From contig NC_086373.1 in the NCBI RefSeq assembly GCF_036588685.1, forward strand, positions 90,706,001 to 90,770,000: a stretch of DNA of 64,000 bases. Direction: 5' to 3'. Positions 39,201 through 51,217 of the stretch are shown here, piece after piece. The notes under the pieces are model-generated. The model ran no database searches and was not told the DNA's origin. It saw only the letters and a list, made by a program, of their open reading frames with translations. The position numbers and the translations under genes were made by a program. How positions within the stretch are numbered: the stretch's first letter is position 1; every line of letters starts with the position of its first letter. The DNA comes from Mytilus trossulus (lineage: Eukaryota).

Positions 39201-42200
39201 TACTATTGACGTTTACACTACCTTACCTTATCAAGGTTTTATTACTGCCAAACCACAATTTTACTATTGACGTTTACACTACCTTACCTTATCAAGGTTT
39301 TTACTACTGCCAAACCACAATTTTACTACTTTTCACTACTGTCGATAGTTTTAACTGAAATCACTATTCAATAATGATACACTTTAATTTTTACTTTCAG
39401 GTGCACTGTTTTCGAATATATATCTGTTAGATACAGTTTGTACAATTTTTGGATCTACCTTATTTAATAACATCTATCATCATACAGTTACATTACACAA
39501 AGGATTTGTGTTCTTTGTTATGGCTGGATTCCCTTTCATAGCTCTTGTTATGATGATGTAAGTAAAATAAAATACCAAGTGGTTTCGTGACATCCAAAAT
39601 AAACGAATATGTTTCAAAAGATACTGATATTAACATTAAGAATCAGTCTAAGTTGAAAAATCAGTCTTATAATTTAATAGAATGACACTGTCAAAAGAAA
39701 CATATATGGATTGTGCATGTCTCATGTCTTTTATGCCCGCGTCACACTGTCCCGATTTTTACGCCGATGGCAACAAGATTATGGAAATTTTCAAAATCGG
39801 GACTGATCGTATCCAGATCGGGCTATTCGAGGTGCCATCTTTAACCATCGTAGAACCATCGTCCACTTTTTCTAGCCTTCGGGGACAGCTTTGGGAATGC
39901 CCGCGTCACACTGTCCCGATTTTTATATACGATGGACACCCGAATGCGAAAATTGTAAGTTCGTACGAAGTTGGTCCCGATCTCGCTAAAATACCAAAAA
40001 GTGACCGAAGCAAGTACGATGAATAACGAAGTCTATACGATGGTGCCGAAATTATATACGATAGCAAAAGATGGACATACGAAGGTTAACCGAAGACGGG
40101 TATGTAAGCTTCATATCTCAGCCGAAGCATAAGCGATGGATCACGAAGGCTACACAATGGATTACGAAGGCTACACGATGGATAACGATGCTGGCGCGAT
40201 GGCCATACGATGTCTAAAATGCGTTCTACCAGTTTTGAACTTTTTTATGATACGAACAGAATTTCGTTTCTGTACAAGTCTGCCTGGCGGGAAATCGATC
40301 TTTAACCTAATTCTTATAAACTTAGTTTATTATCCCCTCGCCTACTCAATGTAAGTTGCGTGTAAATAAAATTGTTATGGATACGCTAGAACCAAAATGC
40401 TCAAAATTTGGTATGGTGTTACTCGTTAAGAATTTCTTCAGCGCTATTGACTTTAAAGTTCAAAGGTCAAGGTCATAGTGGCAGTTGTAATACAAAGCAA
40501 TATCACCCTTGTGTACACTTTAAAACCAATATGATTAAAAAGATTTTAACCATATTTGGTATATTGTTCCTCCTTTTAATGATCTGACATTTTTTACGTT
40601 CAAGGCCAAAGGTCAAGGTCATGCAGATGGACTTGTTTTTTCTCCTTGAAATTGCGTTATACACAGGAAATTGGTTGCTAAATTTTTTACCTGCCTGTTA
40701 AAAAGACAATATTAAAGGTATTTCCAGTTACTGATTGTTTTGGTTGATTTCCAAAAAAAATAGTTTATGTATCAAATATGCATATTCAATTTGCTCTTTT
40801 CTGCATGTTTCATATACAAATATACTGTTCAAATTTGTCCCCAATATGTTACATACAAGTGGGTCTCATTGGGGTCTAAGTGTGACGCGGGATTACCGAT
40901 TTTTTTGTAAGCGTGACACGTGAAAGTCAAATTATTGTGTCGTGAAAACGGGAAATGAGGTCTTGCGGGACCCAGGAAATGACAAAAAAATGAGAATTGC
41001 TTACGTATATAGTGTAAGCGGGATACGGGAATCTGACAAAACAGTAAGCGGGATCCGGGATCGGAACTCCCCCAATGAGACCCCCCCCATACGAGGGGAT
41101 GCCATGCTCGACATTGCCTTGTTTGAACTGTAAAATATGTGGACTAGTCTGAATAATCACCCATAATTATGCCCATGTTTACTGGTCTATCTTATAGGTA
41201 AGGTAATGGGTTCGTTGATCCCTTTTATTTAAAAAGAGCTCTTTCAGGAAAATATCAAAATAATATAGACAAAAGGAAGGATGTGGAAGAAAGCAACAAA
41301 TGCGGCAAAATATGACATATAGAAAACAAAATAGTTATGGAGTAGACATTCGTGTGACAACAACTCAGACGATACATCAGAATAAGGAAGAAAAAGTTGG
41401 TTTCCCTATATACGTGAACCTGCAGTGTTGGTGTTCGAGGCGCGTTCATGATTTTCATTATGTTACTTGATATGAAAAATTGACAAAAAATAATATTTGA
41501 CTTGTAAAAGTAAATCATGAGCCTGTAATAGCTGCTCTTCTTGTTCCATTTGAATTAATAGAAACAACGCTGTCGCCTTTCTTGATCTCACAGAATCATA
41601 TGATATGAGCTTCATGTTTTGTGAACGTCTTTCCTAACTGTCGTATTAGACTGACCAGTGCATAACGCGCATGGAACTTTAAATGTAATTTAGCGCAAAA
41701 ATTAACTTACATTTAGCTGGATTTATTGCCGTCGTAGTTCCATCTTGTCGCCTTCGTACTTTTATTCGATGGCAACACGACGGGATTACGAGGTCTTCAC
41801 GTAGTCGTGTTGCCATCGTAAGACCTTCGGGTAGCTTCATGATTCATTCGTGTAGACATCGTAATGTCAAAACTGCCCGATGGAAACGATGGAAACACGA
41901 ATGCAATACGATGTTCAAAGATGCATTCCCGGTGACATTACGATGGTGAGGATGGTGATACGAACTCAATACAAAACCTCAACATCGGACGCACCTTCGG
42001 GGATTTTTTAACATGTTAAAAAATTTAGAACCCTTCTGCCCGCGTCACACTGTAAGTTAATATTCGCACTAAAATACATTTAAAGTGCGATGTGTGATAT
42101 GCATTGGTCAGTCTAATACGACAGTTAAGAAAGACGTTCACAAAACATGGTGCTCATATCATATGATTCTATGAGAACAAGAAAGGCGTTGTTTCTAATA

Positions 42201-43750
42201 ATTCAAATGGAACAAGAAAAGCAGTTATTACAGGCTCAGGATTTACTTTTAAAAGTAAAATATTATTTTTTGTTAATTTTTCATATCAAGTAACATAAGT
42301 AAAATCATAAACGCGCCTCGTACACCAACACTGCTGGTACACGTATATAGGAAACCAACTTTTTCTTCCTAATTCTGATTTTTTATGTATCGTCTGAGTT
42401 GAGTCGAATGTTAACTCAATAACCATTTTATTTTCTATATGTCATATTTTTGCCGCATTTGTTGCTTTCCCCACATCCTTCCTTTTGTCTATATTATTAT
42501 GATATTTTCCTGGAAAGAGCTGTCCACTACGTCTTTTAGACATCGTATGGCCATCGCGCCTTCATCGTAATCCATCGTGTAGCCTTCGTGATCCATCGTG
42601 TAGGCTTCGGCTGAGATATGAAGCTTAAATACCCGTCTTCGGTTAACTTTCGTATGTCCATCTCTTGCTATTGTATATAATTTCGGCACCATCGTAAAGA
42701 CTTCGTTATTCATCGTACTTGCTTCGGTAACTTTTTGGTATTTTAACGAGATCGGGACCAACTTCGAACGAACTTACAATTTTCGCATTCGGGTGTCCAT
42801 CGTATATAAAAATCGGTACGGTGTGACGCGGGCATAAGTATATCTTGATTATTTTTTTCATCATGGAAAACTTTATTTTGATTCAGCTTGGTATACACCA
42901 TACCAAAATAAGATCTGATGAGCTTTTCACCGAATAAAAAGCGCGAGGTTTTGGCTAAACCACACAACCAGGTTCAACCCACCATTTCTTTTTCTAAAAA
43001 TGTCCTGTGTCGTGAAAATGGCAGTTGTTATCTTATACATGTGTAGTTCGTTTTATGTGTGTTGCATTGTCGTTTTTTTTGTTGCACTTAAGTGTTTCTA
43101 TTGTTTCGTTGTTTTCCTTCGGTTTTAGTTTTGTAACCCGGATTTGTTTCTCTCAATCGATTATTGACTTTCAAACAGCGGTATACTACGGTTGCCTTTA
43201 TTTAGACTTATCATTATAGTCATTCACATCTTTTCGAGCTTTAGAGCTTGAAATATTTTGCACAGACGATGGATTTCTTGTCGACCATAGTATATGGTTG
43301 ACCTCTCGAAATGTTTTGGCTTCTATCCCAAGTGCTTTTATATTCATATTTGAATAGTATGTGCTATGAATAATGTAAGCTTTGATACAAGTTTTTGAGG
43401 ACGATAACTAGGACAAAGGCTCCTTTCTATAAATTACAACTGCAGATTGTAAATTTACAGGAAATACAAAATGCAAATATATATATTGTAATGCTTTATA
43501 GTTGTAAATGTTGATATTGATGGACCTAGTTACAGGTCAGTTTTACGGTACCATCTTTATTGTACAAAAACACAAGTCTAAGAATGAATTATGAACTATC
43601 AGCATTTAGATACTCATATATGTTAAAATATTTGAAGTATCTTAAATATGTCATTTCAGATTTGTTACGTGCAAGACATATTCGACAAGAGATCCAGTCG
43701 AGCTAGACCTCGACAATCCGCAAATACAAAATTCAGATTCGCCATCTTGA
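36298..43750 (+). CDS. SLC46-family MFS transporter, paralogue 6 (~490 aa); exons 36298-37438, 38044-38127, 39401-39557, 43660-43750
   Basis: GPMVDRIGRKP and SPFCWSSEHIGWF motifs. The terminal exon FVTCKTYSTRDPVELDLDNPQIQNSDSPS* resembles that of paralogue 7. Confidence 0.9.
38630..39330. repeat. 61-bp minisatellite, ~11 copies, in intron 2 of paralogue 6
   Basis: Unit aattttactattgacgtttacactaccttacctaatcaaggttttattactgccaaaccac; period 61, with two units lengthened by an (AT) insert. Confidence 0.95.
40327..41123 (+). mobile_element. Helentron/DINE-like non-autonomous element (putative)
   Basis: Subterminal inverted repeats atcccctcg (40332-40340) and cgaggggat (41092-41100), T-rich ends, and internal aaaggtcaaggtca core repeats. 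Confidence 0.5.
40861..41083 (+). mobile_element. ~220-bp MITE (TIR GGGTCTCATTGGGG), copy 2
   Basis: Perfect 14-bp TIR gggtctcattgggg...ccccaatgagaccc; homologous to 2821-3042. Confidence 0.82.
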
Positions 43751-44679
43751 CTACTCGGTGAAAAAGTGGGATTTTCAAGTTATCGTATAAATGGCAAAAT
43801 AACTCTTGTTATAAACTTAAATGTTTTTGATTCATATATTAATATTATTTTTTATTAATTTTTTATTAATAAAAATGTTTTTTGAAAATTGCATCTTTTC
43901 GATACATATGGCTGTTTGCAAAACTATGTATTATTCTTGATAATAATGATGTGTTAGTCCCAGGCGGATAGTCCTGGCCTCACAACTTTTTGGAATTTTT
44001 AGTCCTCGGCGATCTTCAGCTTTGTAGTTGTTATGGCTTTCAAACTTTTTACATCTGATCAAAGTTTTTTGTGGGCGTAGCGCGCGTCTTGGGTATAAAA
44101 AACATTTTTTAACCTGTAACCTTTTGGCTATTATTTGTTTGTTTCTCTGTCCTATTTTTTCTCCCGTTTATCTGTTTATTTATTGACTATTGCAATGGCT
44201 ACATTTACGAACAACAAGGTATAAGTATATGAAAATTCTTACGAAAGTAATCTAAAGATTGCACAGTTTTAGTTTTTTTTTATACAGGTTTGATTTAATC
44301 TACTAAAGTTGAGATTTTATGTCCGCTTTCGCAAGTTTAATACTATTTGAATTATTGCCAAATAATTTAATGTTGTATGGAAGTAAACCATAACTTACCA
44401 TTAGAAATAAAATTGCTTGATAAAGCATATCTGTTCTTTTAAAAAAAACTCCCTAAGAAAACAACCAGAATGTGAACAGATCATCATTTGTTTCGAAATG
44501 TATGAACATATATTAAATAGTCTAAAGAATTGTAGCATTATTATTAGTATAATTAAGATTCCAATGAGGGGTATTGCTAATTAGCAATCTGCAATATTTG
44601 TCGACATTATATATAATACTTCTACAATATAACAAAAAATGCAGTTTTCCATTAGTTCAATTTGCAATATACTTCGCAG

Positions 44680-44763
44680 CTGCAGTATCTGGTATTCTAA
44701 AGTTTTCTACCAATACCATTAATTAGAGCCATCTTATTTAGAATTATACATCAAAATAAAAAG
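44680..44763 (+). pseudogene. Relic exon 2 of a lost ninth SLC46 paralogue
   Basis: After cag it translates AVSGILKF/(+1 frameshift)/LPIPLIRAILFRIIHQNK. The donor is lost. Downstream 44776-45130 resembles intron 2 of paralogue 7 (49678-50060). Confidence 0.75.
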
Positions 44764-45149
44764 TTTAAAAGGTTAAAAGTAAAATCACAAAAAAAAATGA
44801 ACTCCGAGGAAAATTCAAAACGGAAATGTCAAAATCAAAGCACACAAAACGAATAGATAACAACTGTGGTCCACCAAGATCCTCAAGTTTAGTGATACGT
44901 ATGAACAGCAAGGCGAATGACATAATCAGATAAACAAGGTGAGTGGTGCACTAATATACACCGGTGAGTAATACATCAAGATACAAAAAATGAGAGGTAC
45001 TTCAAAGAAAACAATGTTAAAAGTACACCAAGATTAACAAGGAGAGATGTACAAACATATACATATGATTGGTTGATCATGAAGATAAACAAGATTAGTA
45101 GTGCACCAATATACAAGATGAGTGGTGGATATAACCACTTGATAATTGA

Positions 45150-46140
45150 ACAAACATATCAAAGCGACTTGAGGCTTGCATAGCTGACATCAGCAAGTGG
45201 ATGTGCTCTAATCTTCTAAAATTAAACGAGGATTAAACGGAGCGGATAGTATTTGCTACAAAAACAGAGTGAAGGACTTGTCAGATAAGCATTTAAATGT
45301 TGGTTGAAACGTCGTCAGTGAAACCTAAGCATTTATTTCAAGAAAACTTTGGCAATGGACAATCAAAATCATGTTTTCATCAGATAAGAAACATTGGACG
45401 AATTTGTCCTTTTATTACCGAAGAAGGATGCAAAACATTAGTATGCTTCCTTGCAAAATCTCGTTTGGATTATGGGAACGCATTGCTGTATGTACTCCCA
45501 TCAACTACTATTCAAAGATTACAGCGAGGAAAAAACACAACAGCCATGGTTATTACAAGGAATAGAAGGTACAACCACATAACAATCCTAAAGTCTCTAT
45601 ATTGGCTCTTCTTAACGTATCGATGTCAATGTACACTCCTCGTCTATGTGTTCAAGGCTTTACGCGAGGATGCACCGGTCTTTCTACAATAAATCGTTAA
45701 GGTGGTACCTAACACTACAGGGAGATAACTCTGTAAAATCAGCAGAACGTTCTAATGACGTTGTGTTCTCAAGGGAATATTAAGCTTCTCAAAGATCAAA
45801 ATAAGTGTTTGTCAAACTGCTATATAACCAGTGTAATTTTTCTGATTAAACGGTTGGTTCAAATTTTTAGAAATTTTTATATTTTTGTCAAAAGGTTATA
45901 GTAAATACTTTGTCAAAATTTTAAGAAAATTAAACGAGCCAAATTAATTTTAGTAAGGGTGTTAGGTACCACCTTAATATGTAAAAACCAATGCGAACAC
46001 TCAGGTCTGAAAATGCCATGATTTTAGCAACACCACGTGTGAGAACTAAAACATATGAAGAAAAGAAATTCGACAAAGCTGCATCAGTTCTATGGAATGA
46101 TTTGCAAAGTGATATACGGAACATCACTGTCATTTTTGAA
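45150..46140 (+). mobile_element. Degenerate 3' fragment of an L2/CR1-group LINE (ORF2 C-terminus)
   Basis: Translated pieces LEACIADISKWMCSNLLKLNE, SRLDYGNALLY..LQR..HIT.LKSLYWL and RTLRS..LATPRVRTKTY..F..AASVLWNDL are typical post-RT motifs. Stops and frameshifts are present. Confidence 0.82.
45701..45973. mobile_element. 273-bp TTAA-targeting MITE (Kolobok-like) inserted in the LINE
   Basis: TIR ggtggtacctaacac...gtgttaggtaccacc; TTAA TSD at 45697-45700 and 45974-45977. Purine-purine termini fit Kolobok rather than piggyBac. Removing it rejoins the LINE reading frame. Confidence 0.88.
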
Positions 46141-47680
46141 TTTTGAATTTGGGTACAACTTTTTGGAACTTTTGGTCCTCAATGCTCTTCAACTGTGTAC
46201 TTTGTTTTTGGCTTTCGAACTTCTTTTATCAGAGCGTCACTGGTTAGTCTTGTGTGGACGAAACGCGCGTCTGGCGTATTAAACTTTAAACCTGACACCT
46301 TTTGGTAGCTGTTATTCGTGTGCTTCTCTGTCCTATATGTTCTCTTATTTATTTGCATTGAAGTCCTATCATTTAATGTTTTCATTTTAATATTATATTA
46401 AACATTGCCATAAAAGCGAGAGGTTTGGCATTCCAAAAAAACTAGGTTCAACCCACCATTTTTTATTTTTTTAAATGTCCCGTACCAAATCAGGAAACTG
46501 GCCATTGTTATATTATAGTTTATTTCTGTGTGTGTTCTATTTGAATGTTTCTGTTGTGTCGTACTTATCCTGTTATGTTTGAGGTGTTTCCCTCAGTTTC
46601 TGTTTTGTAACCGGATTTGGTTTACCTCAATGAATTTATGAATTTCGAACAGCGGTATACTACTGTTGCCTTTATTAAGCAAAGATTTGTTCAAATTATT
46701 TATAAGCCAAGTTTTAAAGTTTTTTTTAAACTTATTTTATTTGAACGATTTCAATGTCTCCTTTACTTTACCATGCCCATTTTATATAATTTTTATTGTT
46801 TATCAGTTAATTTAATATATAGTATAGTTTTATATGCCATTTATTCTAAATCTGATTGTTTGAGGATTTCATAACATGGGCTTTCATATTTTATTGTAAA
46901 TACTTATGGATGGAATCCGGTATGTTGTAAAACGCTTAGGGTAATTTTGATATAATATAATGCGCTAATATAAATACTGTATAATAAAAAAAAAAATTAT
47001 AACAAATACAAGCCCCAGAATATTGTATCAAATTAAAAATATATATTCCATAAACAGGTGCTGCTAAAATGTTGCTACTTAGAAATGAATGTTAACAATA
47101 TTGAAGCTGAAATCATCTCTTTTGTTGTAAAGTTTTGTTATCAAAAACTAAAATCACAAAAATACTGAACTCCGAGGAAAATTCAAAACAGAAAGTTCAA
47201 ACACACCAAACGAATGGATAAAAACTGTCATATTCCTGACTTGGTACAGAAATTTTCTCATTTAGAAAATTGCTGATAAAACTGCCCCACTTTGTCAAAA
47301 AACAGATGAAGGTATAAATATTAACGAGACTTAACTGGATCTATTGTATCCTTCATCATACGTTCGATGGGATAGATAAAACATATTTACCATTTTTTTA
47401 ATAATTCAGTTGGAGATCATCTGTAAAGCGGAAAGTGAAGTTAAAGTTTCTATATGAAGTCAGTATCATATGATGAAAGGAACATGTACATATGTCAAAT
47501 TTAGAATTTATGACAAGTAATGCAAACATTGTAGATACTACCTGTAGATTAGTTATATAAGAGTAAGTTCATTTGACCTATCATATGCCATAATCTATCC
47601 AAAAATGATAGCAAACACAAATTTGTACACTATATCATATGCATATTTCTGTTCTTTAAAAGTGGAAGTTAAATCTGTAA

Positions 47681-50600
47681 ATGGAGGAAAACAAACCGTT
47701 ATTGAATAAGCAACGACTTCGGCAACAGCAGAAAACAACATGGATAAGCACACGTGTGAAGGTTATGATATATGTTATTATATATACTCTTGGTTCGGCT
47801 ATTTCCAGCCCAGCAACGACACAATTTGTTTATACTTACGTTAAAAATCATGACTTTGCAAACAATTCGACGTTGGAATCCAATCAGAATCGTTCGAAAT
47901 TTGTAACGCAGAGTTGTAATGCAAATGGTACTTCTGACGATAAAATACAGGCCATAGCGTCCGACTGGTCATGGTATATTACACTTGTTAAATTCGGAAT
48001 TGCAATTCCTTTTATTATGTTCATTGGACCTATGGTAGATAAAATAGGACGGAAAAAGATTTTGCTATGGAATTTATCAATTTTGACAATTTCATTTGCA
48101 ATGAAGACGATAGCTATTTACTTTGATCTTAATTTGTATTATTTTTTAATCGGATTTGCAGCTGAAGGCGTTTCTGGAACGTATAATACTTTTCACATTG
48201 CATGTTTGTCATTGTTAGCAGACGGAACATCAAAAGGAAACGAAAGAACGATTGTAATGGCTTCATATGATGCATTATTAGGATTTGGAATTTTCTTTTC
48301 TTATATTAGTTCGGGATATTTGATAGAATTTGCCGGGTTTATATATCCGTTCGCTATTTCAGGCGGAATTGTTTTCTTTTTAGCAATTTTAGTGCTTATC
48401 ACTTTAAATGAGTCTTGGAAAAATAGTGGAGAAGCAAAAACACAAATGTCAATATCTCCCGGAGAAATATTTTCCTGGTGTAACAGAAGTGAAAATATAA
48501 CCGGCAGTGTAAATTACGTTATGATTTATCTGTTAATATTTTTTATTTATTTGATGCCACTGTCTGCAAGCAGCTCTATAAGAATGATATATACCTTGAG
48601 TTCACCATTTTGTTGGTCAGCAGAGTTCATCGGTTGGTTTAGTGGTTGCAATGATATTGTTGTGTTTGTAGGCGGATTAATTATTCTTAAAGGTTTACAG
48701 ATATGCTTCAAAAATATTACAGACGAATTGATAGTATCATTTGGTTTTTTGTCCTCTATTGCAAGTTTTATACTATATGGATTATCAAAAAATAGTTGGA
48801 TGTTGTTTGGAGGTAAAATATTAACTAAATTTAATTAATTAGTTTGCTGTATGAAACATATGCAGCATTAAAACAGACCAATCAAGCAATTAAAAAGCAA
48901 AAATTTAAGAGGAGGATTTGTTTTCGAAACTGAATCTATTTAAATCAAGAATGAGTCTAGAACATTTTCGTTTAAGATGACTTGCGTAATTATTTTCCCG
49001 TAAGATCGGGATTCAAATAGTGTATTTTTGAACCAACCATTCATACACATGATTATTTTAGGGGGGGGGGGTGTAAATGACATGATTGGTTTGATTTTGT
49101 AAAAGTAGTTCAAGGGTGAAAACCGTGGCGATAGCTGGTGTTTTTGTGTTAAAGATTTACTGAAAAACTCAAATTGTGAATAACATAAATCAAACAATTC
49201 AATGCTCCTAAACCTTGTACGTGTTTGGCCTTAAACTATTTTGATCTGAGAACCACTGCTGAGTCTTATATAGACGAAACGCGCACGTAGCGTATTAAAC
49301 TATTATCATAGTACCTTTGATAACTATTTACAAACATTTGTCCGTTTGGTATAATAAAGAACTGCATTTCACAATAAATGAAGTAACAATCGAAAAAAGT
49401 TCTTTTTTCCGTTTTTGTCAATGGTTTCACCGTTTTAATAATTAGCGGTCTATAATATTTATCGACATAATACTATACTTGTTTGTCCTTTTTTTGTCAA
49501 TTAGTTTAAACACCTGTTATATATTTTATAGCTGCAGCAGCTGCTATTTTACAAATTATACCAATACCCGTAATGAAAGCCATGTTATCCAGAGTTGTAA
49601 ATCCAAATAAACAAGGTAAGTGAAACAACAGAATAAAATGATGCACTTAAATAAAAAAAAAATTGAGTTAAATATCAAAAAGTAAAATCACAAAAATACT
49701 GAACTCCGAGGAAAATTCAAAACTGAAAGTCCCTAATCAAATGGCAAAATCAAAATATAAAGCACATCAAACGAATGGTTAAGAACTACCAACTATCAAG
49801 ATATATTAGACTAGTGATACAACAAGATCAACAAGACAAACGGTACAACAAAATAAACAAGTTGAGTGGTACACTTAGATTAACCCTATATATATGTGAA
49901 GATACACACAATTTGATGTACTTCAAGAGAAACAAGAAAACAAGTTCTCCAATATGAACACTGTCAGTAGTTTATCAAGATTTACCATGGGATTTGTACA
50001 TAGAGATATACATGGTCAGCGGTGCATACGAATAAACAAGTTAAGGGTGCACCAACAAATAACCTGTGCTGCGATAAGATTTAAGAGTGCGACAGTTTTT
50101 ATTTCAGTGTGAAATCAATGTAATTCATTGCAACCAATGTAATAAAAAAGAATATCAATAAAAAATAGAGTAATGCATGTATGTATTGTGTCAGTGTTAT
50201 TTCATAATCTTATAAAGATATGCATATTTGTAAAGGCTCAATATTTCTTGAAATGTAATACTCTTAAGAGCCTCGTCGTATTTTTAATTTCAGGAGCACT
50301 TTTTTCTAATATATATCTGATAGAAGCTGTGTGTCAAATTTGTGCAGCTACCTTATTCAATAACATCTACCACCAAACAGTGACATTCTACAAAGGATTC
50401 GTCTTCTTTGTAATGGGTGGATTTCCATTATTAGCTCTTATTATGATGATGATGTAAGTTGCTTAAAAAATCAATTCATATATTTGACTCATAAAATGAT
50501 GAAAGAACCTGGTTTTACTATGTAGTCTAAATGTTACATCTTAAATAATTTAATATACTTAAAAAAACCGTTAATCACAAAATAAAACTATATTCCTGCA

Positions 50601-51217
50601 CTACACAAATAACAGGAGTGTCACTAGTAGATTAGGAACTACTAGATAAAGAACATCTATCATTTTCTAGCGCACAGTGTTTCATCAACTGTGAGAACAC
50701 ATTCCTCAATCTTTTATATTCTGTTTAGTGATTTAGCCATTGTGGTGCCCGTCCTTCGTTTATATTTTGATTGCCGTCTTACTTTTGTTAATATATATAA
50801 TGTAGTTTTTATCCAAAAGCATTTTCTAAGATTTTTGTAAGTAATGATTTTTAAAATGTGTATCCAATAATGCTGAATAAACCTGTAACGAAGAAAAAAC
50901 GTTTTATCAACGTTTTGTTTCATAAGTTTCTTAGATTTATTTAATCACGCAAAAGAGCAATGAACTGTTTCAAAGTAAAATGTAACGAGGCATGGAAGTC
51001 TGCATTTTTTTTTAATTCTAAATCTTATTTTTGAAATTATATTTCAGGTGCAGATATTGAGTAATTAAGGCTAATCATAATCTAGTGTTGCAGAAATCCG
51101 ATAATAATTTTGGTTTCTTTTTTCAGATTTGTGAAGTGCGCGAAAACTCCATCAAGAGATCAAACCGATATAGTCATCGAAAGACCAGACATTCAAAAAT
51201 CAAATATATCAACTTGA
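47681..51217 (+). CDS. SLC46-family MFS transporter, paralogue 7 (~488 aa); exons 47681-48812, 49532-49615, 50294-50453, 51127-51217
   Basis: GPMVDKIGRKK and SPFCWSAEFIGWF motifs; exon 3 is 160 nt (one extra ATG codon); TGA at 51215-51217; most similar to paralogue 6. Confidence 0.92.

Larger units (their letters stand above)
39734..42834. mobile_element. Compound non-autonomous DNA transposon nest (TIR TGCCCGCGTCACACTG), two opposed copies
   Basis: Forward TIR at 39734, 39898 and 42037; reverse TIR ending at 42834. Flanks are tta| and |taa (TA or TWA target, so Harbinger- or Tc1-type; unresolved). 39898-40224 and 41237-41710 are reverse complements of 42530-42834 and 42051-42521. Confidence 0.75.

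Noticed and set aside
39682-40354. ORFs 39682-40026, 40136-40354 and the mirror ORF 42489-42761 (MDHEGYT repeats) as a transposase
   Set aside because: No DDE or HTH motifs; they arise from short internal repeats of a non-autonomous element.
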